Of a stretch of DNA of 64,000 nucleotides, positions 25,916-38,467 are shown piece by piece. How positions within the stretch are numbered: position 1 is the first letter of the stretch; each line of letters begins with the position of its first letter. Below the pieces are notes generated by a model. That model had not been told where the DNA came from. It worked only from the letters and a program-made list of their open reading frames with translations, and ran no database searches. Source of the stretch: Octopus sinensis (Eukaryota); NCBI RefSeq assembly GCF_006345805.1, contig NW_021833416.1, positions 29,406-93,405 on the forward strand, given 5' to 3'. Made by a program: the position numbers and the translations under genes.

Positions 25916-27244
25916 TATTTTACCTATAAAATTGTATAATACTCGTAAACAAATGACAAAAAAACAACTATAGAATGTAAAGAATAGAAATATTATTATT
26001 TCTAAGTTTCTCTAAATGAGACTACGGCAGCGGTACTGGATATTAACAGTTATCGCCAAGTTAATATGGCAGTCCATAAATTTGATCAGCTAATCAACGG
26101 CAGCTTTAGTCCTATATTTATGGACTGCCATATTAATTTGGCGATAACTGTTAATAATGTAAAGAATATTTTATGTAGAGTAAAAAGAATGTCGAGATCA
26201 TTTATGATAAAAATAATAATTATCATTATAATCGTTTTCTGAATCACTTTCACTCGCACTAAACTCACAAACATCATCACTTGGAGATGCGATCGCCGAT
26301 TCACAACCACTCGTAGACGGACTTACGGATTTCTTTTTTTTTTTATAAATATCTAGAGTTGTTTGCTGGGAAGCTTTTTTCCGCTCTCTATAAATTTCTC
26401 GGTAACATGCAGAAGCATTTGTTGTGGTAGTAGAAACTTTTGTATTTCGCTAAAAATTTCTATCTTGCGCTTGAAAAAAATTCAGCTCAACATACAAAAG
26501 TGAACTGAAGAATAAAACACGTAAACTAGAGGTTTCGTAAAGCGGATCCTTATAAATTGATGTATTGCTGTACTTAGTATCCTGTTTTCAGAGGCTTGGT
26601 TATGGTTACTGCATCGTATCGTACGGCGAAATCTGTCCCAAAACCCGAGTAAATAATGTCTTTGGTGATTGGTCATCATCCATTAATGTTTCGCTCTATG
26701 CGGTTTTTTCAGAATCGAAATAGGAAGAATCGAAATAGTAAATGAAGAAATTACCAAAATTATCTCCATTCCAATCAACGTCGCTTTGATCGAATTTGAT
26801 GCACAGGCATCAAATTCTTATTTTTCACATGTAAGATTCCATTTGCTTCGATACGTTTCTGTGTTGTTAATAACATTTATGAATTATCAAAATAACTAAA
26901 GAGAAGCTAAATCGCCGCTGACGACCACCTGTGATGCAGCAGAATCGTTAAGTTTCTTCAACGATTTGCTGTAACCGCATGAAGTGTCACTTATTGCAAT
27001 CTTAAATCAAGTGACAGATATTTAAGCAGGCGACCCACTGAGCGTCGTTAGCAGACAGAACGGAATAAAGTAGACACTTTCTGTAAGGTTTATTTTAGGA
27101 GTACGTTTCGTAAGAGGTATGTAATAATAAAATATACACTTACCGAAAGTATAAATTAGAAGCAGACTTTACTTCCGACGCAGAGAAATTTTGAAATATA
27201 TTAATTATGTCTGAAAAATATTATTTACTTCTTTATTATTTATA

Positions 27245-28100
27245 GGCGCTGGAGTGGCTGTGTGGTAAGTAGCTTGCTTACCAATTACATAGTTCCAGGT
27301 TCAGTCCCACGCAGTGGAACCTTGGACAAGTGTTTTTTACTATAGCCTCAGGCCGTCGTATATATGTATATATATGTATGTGTGTGCGTATGTTTGTGTG
27401 TCTATGCTTGACCCCCTAACATTGCTTGACAACCGATGCTGGTGTGTTTACGTCCCCGTAATTTAGTGGTTCAGCAAAAGAGACCGGTAGAATAAGTACT
27501 AGTCTTCCAAAGAATAAGTCCTGAGGTCGATTCGCTCGACTAAAGGCGGAGCTCCAGCATGGCCACAGTCAAATGACTAAAACAAGAAAAATAGTGATAT
27601 CAAAGATGCAAGTTGGCAGAATCGGTAGCACGCCGAGCGAAATGCTTATCGGTATTTCGTCTGCCGTTACGTTCTGAGTTCAAATTCTGCCGAGGTCGAC
27701 TTTGCCTTTCATCCTTTCGGGGTCGATTAAATAAGTACCAGATACGCACTGAGGTCGATATAATCGACTTAATCCGTTTGTCTGTCCTTGTTTGTTCTCT
27801 CTGTGTTTAGCCCCTTGTGGGTAGTAAAGAAATAGGTATTTCGTCTGCCGTTATGTTCTCTCACTATGTAGCCATAGTGGGTTACACCATGGTTCCTCTG
27901 CTTTGATGTAGAAGTAGGAAGAAAGAGTGAGAGAAAGTTGTGGTGAAAGTGTACAGCGGGGTTCACCACCAACCCCTGCCGAGCCTCGTGGACCTTAGAT
28001 GATTTGGTCAATAAACACTCACAATGCACGGTCTGGGAATCGAAACCGCGTTCTTACGACCGCGAGTCCGCCGCCCTAACCACTGGGCCATTGCGTTTCC
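27245..28100. mobile_element. Abutting SINE-A (+, 27245-27592), SINE-B (+, 27607-27865) and SINE-C (-, 27905-28100)
   Basis: Family-diagnostic heads and bodies read directly. Confidence 0.88.
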
Positions 28101-28749
28101 ACGCTGATGGTGTTGTCGTTGCGCTGCTGTTCTCAATATATCCGATATGATCCAGCAACATGGCGACTGTCGTGATTAACAGGTACGTGGTTCAGCAGCT
28201 AAAGTATCGATTCTCTTCTTTTCCAAACCAAAATCTCTCACTCGTCTTCTCTTTTTCTTTCCTTACGTCACTCTTATACCCTCTCATTCTCCCTGTTCTT
28301 CCCCTCTCTCTCTGTCTCTGTCTATCTATCTGTCTCTGTCTCTGTCTATCTATCTGTCTCTCTCTCTCTCGCATGCATACACACGACACATGCGTACACA
28401 CGCTCCTGTCTCACCTTCGTTATTCCGTCATGACACAAAAATGCCGGAGGCTACAAACCATTTGTTTCTCTTCAGTTATCTGCTAAAAGAGGAACTGAAG
28501 TCTTCTCCCTAAATAATATATTTACAAGTCTATATTTAATCGTTGTCACGAAAGTTATCCTATCCTCCTCCGCCACAACATGATTGAAAAATAGAAGAAG
28601 AAAAATAATTAATACGACAGATTCAACAAACATACGTATATATATATATATATTATATATATGTGGTGTGTGTGTGTGTGTGTGAGTGTGTGTGTGCGTG
28701 TGCGCGGCATATGTGCTTATATGTGTCTGTCTGTATGTATATATGTATA

Positions 28750-28784
<35 letters not shown>

Positions 28785-28884
28785 GCAAATGCACATATAT
28801 ATGTATATGTGTGCGTGTGTAAGTGTGTATGTGTGTATATACACATACAGAGAGAGAGAGAAAATGAAACATTGAGAATGGAAG

Positions 28885-28973
<89 letters not shown>

Positions 28974-29059
28974 CACTCGCTTTCTCTAAGAGACAAATAG
29001 CTCCAAAAACAAATTGCAACAGACATACGTAAGACTAGTAATGATAATGATGACTGTTA

Positions 29060-29170
29060 TGATGATGACATAGAAGAAGGAGAAGGAGAAGGAGGAGGAG
29101 AAGAAGAAGAAGAAGAAGAAGAAGAAGAAGAAGAAGAAGAAGAAGAAGAAGAAGAAGAAGAAGAAGAAGG
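29060..29170. repeat. (GAA)n microsatellite
   Basis: Direct reading. Confidence 0.95.
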
Positions 29171-29444
29171 ACGTGTATGGTTGAAGAGTATGTGATGGGG
29201 AGGAGGAGGAGATGGAGGAGGGTAACGGGAATACTTTTGGGAGGTGGTGGTGATTACGACACACCTAAAGAAGCCAATGAAAAACGCTTCTACATAATAC
29301 CTTAACCAGCGTTCTCCAGAATTCCTGAAAGTATGGCGCAAGCCCTTACAATGGATTCTGGCAATGTTTTGATGGTGCGAGGGAATTCAGAAAGATCTTG
29401 GCAACGTTAGAAGTTGGGATCTTAAATGGAAACTATCGAAGCAC

Positions 29445-29601
29445 TAAGAGATGAGGAATTATGTACATTATTTACATTATTTATATTTGTCGGATATTTG
29501 TCCTCATCTTGTTTGTCGTTAACACAACGTTTCGGCTGATATACCCTCCAACCTTCATCAGATACTAACCCCAAGATTCTGAGTTCGATTCCAGGCAGTG
29601 A

Positions 29602-29654
<53 letters not shown>

Positions 29655-29825
29655 TATAATAATAATATAATAATAATAATAACAACAACATTGGAAAAAA
29701 GAAAGAAAAAGATACCTTAGGAAAGAGAACCTAGGTTCGAAATTTTCCCAAAACACCTGATGAAATTTGAAAGGTATATCAGCCGAAACGTTGCGTTAAC
29801 AACAAACAAAATAATGTAAATAAAG
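29445..29825 (+). mobile_element. tRNA-headed, HHR-bearing composite element (29563-29825, +) with inverted 3' segment (29445-29562, -)
   Basis: + part: truncated head with GAGTTCGATTCC, (AAT)n, AACAC-CTGATGA...CAGCC-GAAAC-GTT-GCGTT (29752-29797). Inverted part: CTGATGA-AGGTTG-GAGGGTATAT-CAGCC-GAAAC-GTT-GTGTT plus tail. Confidence 0.85.
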
Positions 29826-30289
29826 ATATTTAATTTTCTAATCTTGTATAGCACCATTTTTTTTTTATCAATGTCCTGTTTCGGACATATTTAGATAAAC
29901 TCTGCTCGGTATGTGAGGTTTAAGGTAAAATATTGGAACCAGTGAAACTGGTCATAGAAATGTATTAAGTTGTTCGTGTGCCAGCTTAAGGTATTTTGGG
30001 TATCTATAACAATATATGGCAAAAAAAAAAATGTCAATAGAGCCATTCCTTAGCTCCTGTATTTTATTCGCAAACCTGACAACCATGGCTGTCCACAGGG
30101 AAATATAACACAATTGTTTTCAGCTGACTATATCTCGATATGGATAAATCCACAACCTTTGCACCTCTATAAACTACAATTGTTCCTGAAAGTTGCTTTT
30201 TATCTTTTTTACGGTTTGATTGAAGCGCACCTTCTTCCTACACTTCGATGCTTAGATCGTTCATTCCTTTATGTGTGCCTGTCTGTATG

Positions 30290-30329
<40 letters not shown>

Positions 30330-30578
30330 GTGTGTGTGTGTGTATATACATATGTATATATATATATACATATAATATATATATATATATATGTGTGTGT
30401 TGTGGTGTGTGTGTGGTGTGTATATACATATGTATATATATATATACATATAATATATATATATATTATATGTGTGTGTGTGTGTGTGTGTGTGTTTGTA
30501 CATATTTGTATATACATATATGTGTATTTATATAAATATGTATATATATAGATATTATATATATATATATATATAGTA

Positions 30579-30614
<36 letters not shown>

Positions 30615-30617
<3 letters not shown>

Positions 30618-30795
30618 GGGGAGAATTCACGGAAAAAACAAAAGACGAAGACAGGTGGTGTAGAAAACAAACAGATGTGTTAGTATAACCCTCAGGAATT
30701 GAAAAAGTCTTTTACGTTTCGAGCCTACGCTCTTCCACAGAAAGGAACACAGAAAGAAACAAGGAGAGAAAAAAAAGTGTAGTGGCTACCGATCT
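30615..30795 (-). mobile_element. Penelope-like terminal repeat (family Q) with HHR-like motif at 30709-30744
   Basis: CTTT-CTGTGGA-A-GAGC-GTAG-GCTC-GAAAC-GTA-AAAG; homologous copy at 38240-38430 (+). Confidence 0.65.
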
Positions 30796-31984
30796 ATCAT
30801 AGATATATATATATATTTATAACTCTGTATGTATGTATATAGGTATATATGTATATCTTACTTATCAGCGAATTGTTTTTAGCCAACACTATATGTTACA
30901 ATGAATGTAAACAATATGTCAACAAAATGAAGTCTATACACAGGTGTATTATTGTTTATTTTCCTGGTAGCATAGAGTGTGAATTAAAATGTTGCACCTA
31001 TAAATATATTCTTCAGAAGAGGATAACAAGGTAATCCTGAGTATATTGATAGACATCTTGGTCCCTTCTGTCTAGATCAATTGAATAATTTCTGGACGAA
31101 AGACAAATCAGTTATCGTGATGGAAGCGCCTAGAGCTTATGCATCGAAATATGCATAACGTTGGATACGAACAAACAAATTTGTTTTGTTTTGCTCGTTG
31201 GTTATTTTTACACACTGTATAACAATATTATTGGTATACTTTGTTGCATTCGGTTTGAGAAAACAAATAAGCATGGACAAATATATATATATATATATAA
31301 ATACACACCATATCACAAATATATCTCCGAAAAAAATATCAATTCTATGTGTGTTACAATTTCTTCGCAAAATATATTCAATCGACTTATTTGTATTCTG
31401 CACCAGTCATCAGACATTACAATAAAATATTTCACAACAAAGTCGACTGACATTAAACAGAAGACATGAAGGATCAACCAGTCCCAGAAGCGAGTTTGGA
31501 GCCACTATTGAGTCATGCGTTAAGCTAGAAAGAACAACTGAATCTCCGCCGAGCTGCATTTGACAATATCAAAATTTAAATGATAAATTTGGCAATATAA
31601 TCATAGATAATCTTATGAATACCAAATAGTTATACCTAGAATGTTCTTCATTATAGCTTTGGTTCATTAGGGAATACTTGGAATTAAAATTTAAGATGAA
31701 GATTACAAAGAAAATTAGATGCAATATTCCCAGTAAACAAGACAGTTCATTTTTCCTGAGCGTAAAGATTTACTCAGAAATGTATAGAGAAAGTTCGTGG
31801 AAGTAAAATTTAAATACAACAACCATCTTTCTGCCTTTAGGCAACCCGAGAAGAGATATACAACTGCCTTCTTGATATTAATCAGGAGATTTGAGGACGA
31901 GAAAATTGATAGCAACATAAAACAGAAGATCTTGTCTAAGACATTTCAAAAGAACGTTAAAGGACAGTATGAATACCAGAAGCG

Positions 31985-32520
31985 AGATATTCTCTCCCTG
32001 TCCGCAAGCCAGTGGAGATTGTGGCTCGTTGATTTTTGCTTTTGTCACTTCAAGCATGCGGAACCCATGCTCCATACGTCTGAACCTTTCCCATCGAGTG
32101 AAGATGCTTTTCTATAGCTGTGTTGGACAATTCCATTTTCTCTGGCATTTCCCTTGTTGTTTGTCGAGAATTTTCGTGCAGAAGTTGGTTTAATCGCTCT
32201 TCATCAAACTCAACTGGATGGCCTGAACGAGGTGCGTCTTTGAGGTCAAAATTTCCATTTTCGAACTTGACAGTCCAATCACGAGCGGTTCATTCAGCTA
32301 TGGTACACTCTCCATACACAGTACAAATGCCGCGAGCAGCTTTTGCGACCATAGAACCTTGATTAAAATAAAAAAAGGAAGTGTCGAAAATGCTCATTTT
32401 TCTTAACTAAAATTAACTAGAAAAAAAAAAGATTCTAAAATGATTCAAAAATAGAATTCTTGCAAATAATAGACTCCAAAATTTAAAAAATACGACGGGA
32501 ACTTAGTTGTCAACCCGATA
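31985..32520 (-). mobile_element. Mariner transposon, 5' half (TIR plus transposase remnant)
   Basis: TIR-like TATCGGGTTGACAACTAAGTT; ..EHFRH..FNQGSMVAKAARGICTVYGE..DLKDAPRSGHP..LHSMGKVQTYGAWVPHA*. Confidence 0.85.
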
Positions 32521-32549
32521 TATGTGTGTTCGTGTGTGTGTTTGGGTAC

Positions 32550-32605
<56 letters not shown>

Positions 32606-33834
32606 ATAAATGATATCTGTCTATGTCTGTGTATATGAATATATGTGTAGAAACAAAGAAAGAAAGAAAGAAAGAAGAAAGATAGATAGATAGATAGATA
32701 GATTTTTATTGCATTTCTTCGTGAGAAAAATCCAATGTTTGCAATGCTTGGTGGGCCATTTCTATCACAGTTCTAAACGGGCCCCTCCCCCTTTAGTACC
32801 AGAAAATTCTTCCTTCAAAACAAATCCAAGACGAAAAGCGTGAAATAAAATAAGAAGTTTAAGAAAATACAATAATAAACAAAAGTTTTGAAAAGAGAAA
32901 CATAGCAGGAAAAGGGCAAATAAATAGGGCAGTTCTAACTGTGGGGTTTCCATATGTTTGAATGTGTGGTAATTGGGACAGCCGAAAATTGTGTCAAGCA
33001 GGAGTGCCAGAGAGATGGGAACGAGTTCAAAATTCAGCACCGTCGCAGAAATGACACTCAGAAAAGTATGTCAAATATTCGACACTTTACGGTATTCATA
33101 GATGTCACCACTCGCCAAGTAGTAGTAGTAGTAGAGTAGTAGTAGTAGTGGTAGTGGTAGTGGTAGTAGTAGTAGTAGTAGTAGTAGTAGTTGTAGTAGT
33201 AGTAGTAGTAGTAGTTGCTGTTGTTGTTGAAGGGATAACCTTGATATTTCTGAGAGGTTTGTCTTACACTTTCTTTCTTCCTTTCTTTCTCCCTCCTTCT
33301 CTCTATCTTTCTTTCCCCCTCTCTTTTCCTTCCCACACAAACCAATCAAATACTATATTTGCTAAGTTTATACAAACTTACACGAACTTATGACATCAGT
33401 GATGCATGCACGTACACACTCACGCATACGTAGTTACAGAGACACATAGACACAGAGACAGACAGACAGACAGACAGATAGACAGATAATTAAATAGACA
33501 GATACGTACATAGATACATTCATACATACATGCATTCATACCTACATATATTCAAACTTATATACATATACATATAGAGGTATGTATGTAAATTCACACA
33601 CACACGTCATGTTAGACCGTTAATCTCTACACATCTTTACCTGTCTTTTCTTTCTTTCTCCTTTTATTCCTCTCCACTCTTCCTGTCGAAGATGGTAGGC
33701 TTCAGTCGTCAAACATTTTTCCTATCTTGTCTAGCGTCAAACTAATACACCTGTTTGTTGTTCCCTCACCTGTCTTTGTCTTTTGTTTTCTGTTAATTTG
33801 AACTATAAATGTATATATGTGTATGTGTGCGTGT

Positions 33835-33990
33835 GTCTGCCCAATTTTGAACCGTAGGTAAAGCTGGAATGTTGTCACCTAATGTTGCAACCATGTCAGC
33901 CTGAATGTCTTGGGAATGGAGGCTAAACTCTTGTACTGCACGTATTTGATAACAGCGCAAAGCCAAATCTTGTTCATTTTCAAGTGAAGT
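33835..33990 (-). mobile_element. Mariner transposase N-terminal fragment
   Basis: DIQADMVATLGDNIPALPTVQNWA matches the mariner HTH motif DMVATLGDxAPxxSTVxKW. Confidence 0.7.
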
Positions 33991-34036
33991 CACTTCTAGT
34001 TAATTTGGACGTTCTTTTTGATCATACATACATAGA

Positions 34037-34071
<35 letters not shown>

Positions 34072-34082
34072 CTATCTATCTA

Positions 34083-34113
<31 letters not shown>

Positions 34114-34115
34114 AT

Positions 34116-34174
<59 letters not shown>

Positions 34175-34439
34175 CATATATATATGATGGCCGTCAACTC
34201 GTGACCGAAGAAGACCATTGGTAACCTTTAGGAACATTGTGTGCTCTAGGACTAACTTATATTATGAAATTGCGGCTTCATTGGTGACTAATTAGTCCTG
34301 CTCTTGACAAGCATACACGACAAAAAACAAAAAATCATGCAGTTATTAACAGAGTCGAAACTTCGTAGCTCTAGCATCACTCTTTCATAGTGAGCCTACG
34401 AACTTTTCAACCCACCATCATGTCTTTACTGAGAGTCCC

Positions 34440-34772
34440 TACGGTCATGACTGACCATGGGCTTGCACCTAGAAAGTTACCCTCCCAGGCATAAGTCCGG
34501 GCAAGTTTGTTTATGGAAGACCAGTAGTCGTCCATGCATACCGGCCTCCCCTCTCCACGCCACCAGTGTTATCAAAGGGAAAGGCAAAGGGGCCGATACA
34601 GCTTGGCACCTGTGACGTCGCAACTCATTTCCACAGCTGAGTGAACTGGAGCATCGTGAAATAAAGTGTCTTGCTCCAGAACGCAACACAACACGCAGCC
34701 CGGTCCGGGATGTGAACACACAACGTCTCGATCGTAAGATCGACGCTCTAACCACTGAGCCTTGTGCCTTCA
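34440..34772 (-). mobile_element. SINE family D (tRNA head plus CORE-like TTGAGCAAGACACTTTATTTCAC..CTCCAGTTCACTCAGCTG)
   Basis: Head at 34700-34772; second partial copy at about 40225-40368. Confidence 0.75.
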
Positions 34773-35112
34773 CTAAAAAAAATATCTCATATCCTACAGA
34801 AATATGTGTAAAGTTGCGATATTTATTCTGATACTCAACATTCCGGTTTCAAATACCACCAACAACAAAGAAGCATCCAGAAGAACTGTTTTCAGTCAGG
34901 GTGCACATGAACCTTTGAGGTTCCATGTAAGATATTTTGTTAAAATTTATTTAGGCGCAGGTGGTTGAGTGGTAAGTAGCTTGCTTACGAACCACATGTC
35001 TCGAGTTCAGTCACAATGCGTGGCATTTGGTCAAGTGTCTTCTACTATAACCTCGGGCCGACCAAAGCCTTGTGAGTGAATTTGGTAGACGGAAACTGAA
35101 AGAAGCCCGTCG

Positions 35113-35144
<32 letters not shown>

Positions 35145-36072
35145 CGTAAGCTCGACGCTCTAACCACTGAGCCATGCGTCTTCACATATATGTGTATATA
35201 AATGTATATGTTATACAATGTACATTCATACAAGCAAATATATATATGTGTATGTGTGTGTATGTGTGCATGAATACTTCTATGTATGTATAGGTGCTTA
35301 TGCACGCAATTTCAGGTTGTCTTACATGTTTATTGTATCGTTTGTGTTTGTTTACACAGAATGTATAAAGCTCGAAGGTTTTGTGTTCTGCTATTGTACC
35401 CAAATGTTTGCGTACACAAGTTGTCATTGTCACCGTATTCTACTAATACAATCTATTTCTATCATAGCAATTCTTTGCATGCGTCGTATAAAAACTGACT
35501 CCACTAAAAAGAAACAAAAAAAAAACAAAGTAGTTTTTATTCGTGATAACATTTTATATTCCGTATAAAATCAAAGCACTGCGCAGTTATCAGATACTAA
35601 CATATTTGTTCATATCAAAATGTCTCCGTCAAACAATTAACCGCCTGTTAAAGGGACCGTGTGGATGTATATAGAAAACAACAAACATATAGTATGTGCG
35701 CAGACGAACAAATAATCTAAGTCAACGAGAAGTTATGAGCGCCACACATATATGTAATTCTGTTGGTGTATACTAGCAGTCTCCGTGCAAATATCAAGGT
35801 CATGGTGAAAAGTGTAAGATAGTTCTGTTTTGCATCTGTTACTTGTATCGGTCTTTTGGCAGCGGCCATGCTTGGGGTCAGCTTTATATGGTTTACACAA
35901 GCAAATCGAACCCAGTATATATTCTAAAGTCTATCGGTCTTTCGCCAAGCTGCAAAGTTACGAGGGGCATAAGCAAATCAACATCGGTTGTCAAGCAGCT
36001 CTGTGAGAAATCATAAACACACATATATAGGTTCTCACACATACACATTTACACAAGCAAACACACGGCTGC

Positions 36073-36133
<61 letters not shown>

Positions 36134-36280
36134 CCGAAATTGCTAAGATGATCCGGTTCCCGACTGAAGATTAGAGGCTTCGAATGTTTTTTTGTGTCGT
36201 CTCTTTGTGTGTTTTTCCGTTCTTGTCCCATTTGTAATTTATATTAATTTATAATATTATATATATATATATATATATAT

Positions 36281-36708
36281 AGTTAATCCAACATGAAAAA
36301 CACAAGAGAAAACACAACAACGCGAGGACGTGGACAAGTATAGTATTATTTGGACAGTCAGGAAAGAAGGGAAGAGGAGGGCTTTACGTTTCGAGCGGAG
36401 CTCTTCGTCAGAAACATAGGATAAGGTAAGATGGAGGAAAAAAAATGTGACCGCGTGTGTTTCTTTGTGTTTTCAAGTTTGGATTAACTTCATTCAAAAT
36501 GTGACCGCGTGTGTACCGGTGGCGATTTTTTTTTCCTCTGTCTTCCCTTCTCTGGATCTTTCCTTTTCCTATGTTTCTGACGAAGAGCTCTGCTCGAAAC
36601 GTTAATCCCTCCTTCTTCTCATCCTTCCTGAGCGTCCAAAGAATACTATATTTGTTCCACGTCCTCGCGTTGTTGTGTTTGCTCTGTGTTTTCATGTTTG
36701 GATTAACT
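36281..36708. mobile_element. Inverted pair of Penelope-like terminal repeats (family P), each arm with an HHR motif
   Basis: Arms about 36281-36430 (-) and 36560-36708 (+); CTGACGA-A-GAGC-TCY-GCTC-GAAAC-GTW at 36382-36415 (-) and 36574-36606 (+). Tail-only copy at about 19975-20090. Confidence 0.8.
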
Positions 36709-37093
36709 ATATATATATAACTCCCAGTTCCATGCGTGTTGAATGGCCGTTGTTTTTAAATAAAACGAAATGATGTAAGGAGAGCGAGATAATTGAAGTC
36801 TGCTTTATGGTCAGCGTGGTTAATACAAAACTAGTTTCACGTTCAATGGAAATAAATTTGATTTAATCTAAATAGGTACAAACTACGATATTCAGTTGTA
36901 TATTCCATATTTTGTGAGAAAATATGCATAGCTTTAAAATATATTTATCTTCGATCTATGCACATCGATTCGTGATTCAAGATATACAATATTTTAAAAT
37001 AATAGAAGAGAGAGAAGTCGTGCTTCTTCGTTCTTAGTCGAACACGCTTCAGTGACAGATTACAAGCGTGTTTGACTATGAAAGAAAAGCATG

Positions 37094-37195
<102 letters not shown>

Positions 37196-38062
37196 CTATT
37201 TTAAAATATTGTATATTACGAATCGATGTGGATAAATGGAGGACACTCTGCTAACTAGCTGTCTCCTTTAATTACACACACACACACACACACACACGCA
37301 TGTGTACACATGTACACACTCATGCATACACACGCAAACAGGCAGACGCATTTGGACACATGAATCGGTGCGCGTGTGTCTATTGTTTTACGCGTTTTGG
37401 TGTACTGTACTATGGCCGTTTGTCAATTACACATTGATAATGTAAGTACTGAGGCAGAAATCATTACTAGAATCGATACGCTTGACTAAATACTCGAAGG
37501 TTGTGCCTCTTGTAAAACAGTAAATGAATAACAGGAGGAATACATATATATGTATATATATAATATATTATTATAGATATAGTTAAATATAAGTATATAA
37601 ATATATGTATATATATATATGTACGTATATATATATAACATACATATATATATAGTATAGTATATGTATTATATATATATATATTATAATATATATATTA
37701 TTAGGTATATGATATATATATGTGTGTATAGATATATATATATATATATATATAGGTATATATATATGTGGTGTATATATATATGCATATATATGTATGT
37801 ATATATGCATATAAGTAATATGTAGATATGTACGTATATATGTATATAATTGTGTGTATCTATATCTATCTATCTATCCATACATACATACATACATACA
37901 TGCATACATACATATATACACACACATATATAAAACCATTATATTACGATATACACCTTGTAGTATCCGGTTTGAAGCCCATTGACAAGTATCGGCTGAC
38001 ATATGTCATCAACAGTTTGGAGGCATATGTACTACTGGATATTTCCTTTGTTTCTCTCCTCT

Positions 38063-38093
<31 letters not shown>

Positions 38094-38239
38094 CCACACA
38101 CATACACACACACTTACAAAAAAAAATTAAAAATAAAAATATATATATATTAGATAAACTAACTTTGAAATACATGTATGAATGCATGTATGTATATATA
38201 TATATATATATGTGTGTGTGTATATATACATATCATTCG

Positions 38240-38424
38240 CAATGACGGATCGCTAGCCACCACACATTCTTTATTTTGTCTCCTTGTTTCTTTCTGTGTT
38301 CCTTTCTGTGGAAGAGCGTCGGCTCGAAACGTTTAAGACTTTTTCACTCCCCGAGCGTCATACTAATACATCTGTTTGTTGTCTACATCACTTGCCTTCG
38401 TCTTTTGTCTTTTTTTTGTGAATT

Positions 38425-38430
<6 letters not shown>
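38240..38430 (+). mobile_element. Family Q Penelope-like terminal repeat, HHR-like motif at 38302-38337
   Basis: CTTT-CTGTGGA-A-GAGC-GTCG-GCTC-GAAAC-GTT. Confidence 0.65.

Positions 38431-38467
<37 letters not shown>

Noticed and set aside
26591-26650. GYGYCIVSYGEICPKT resembling a K+ channel pore signature
   Set aside because: Lacks the TxGYGD order and flanking transmembrane exons; likely chance.
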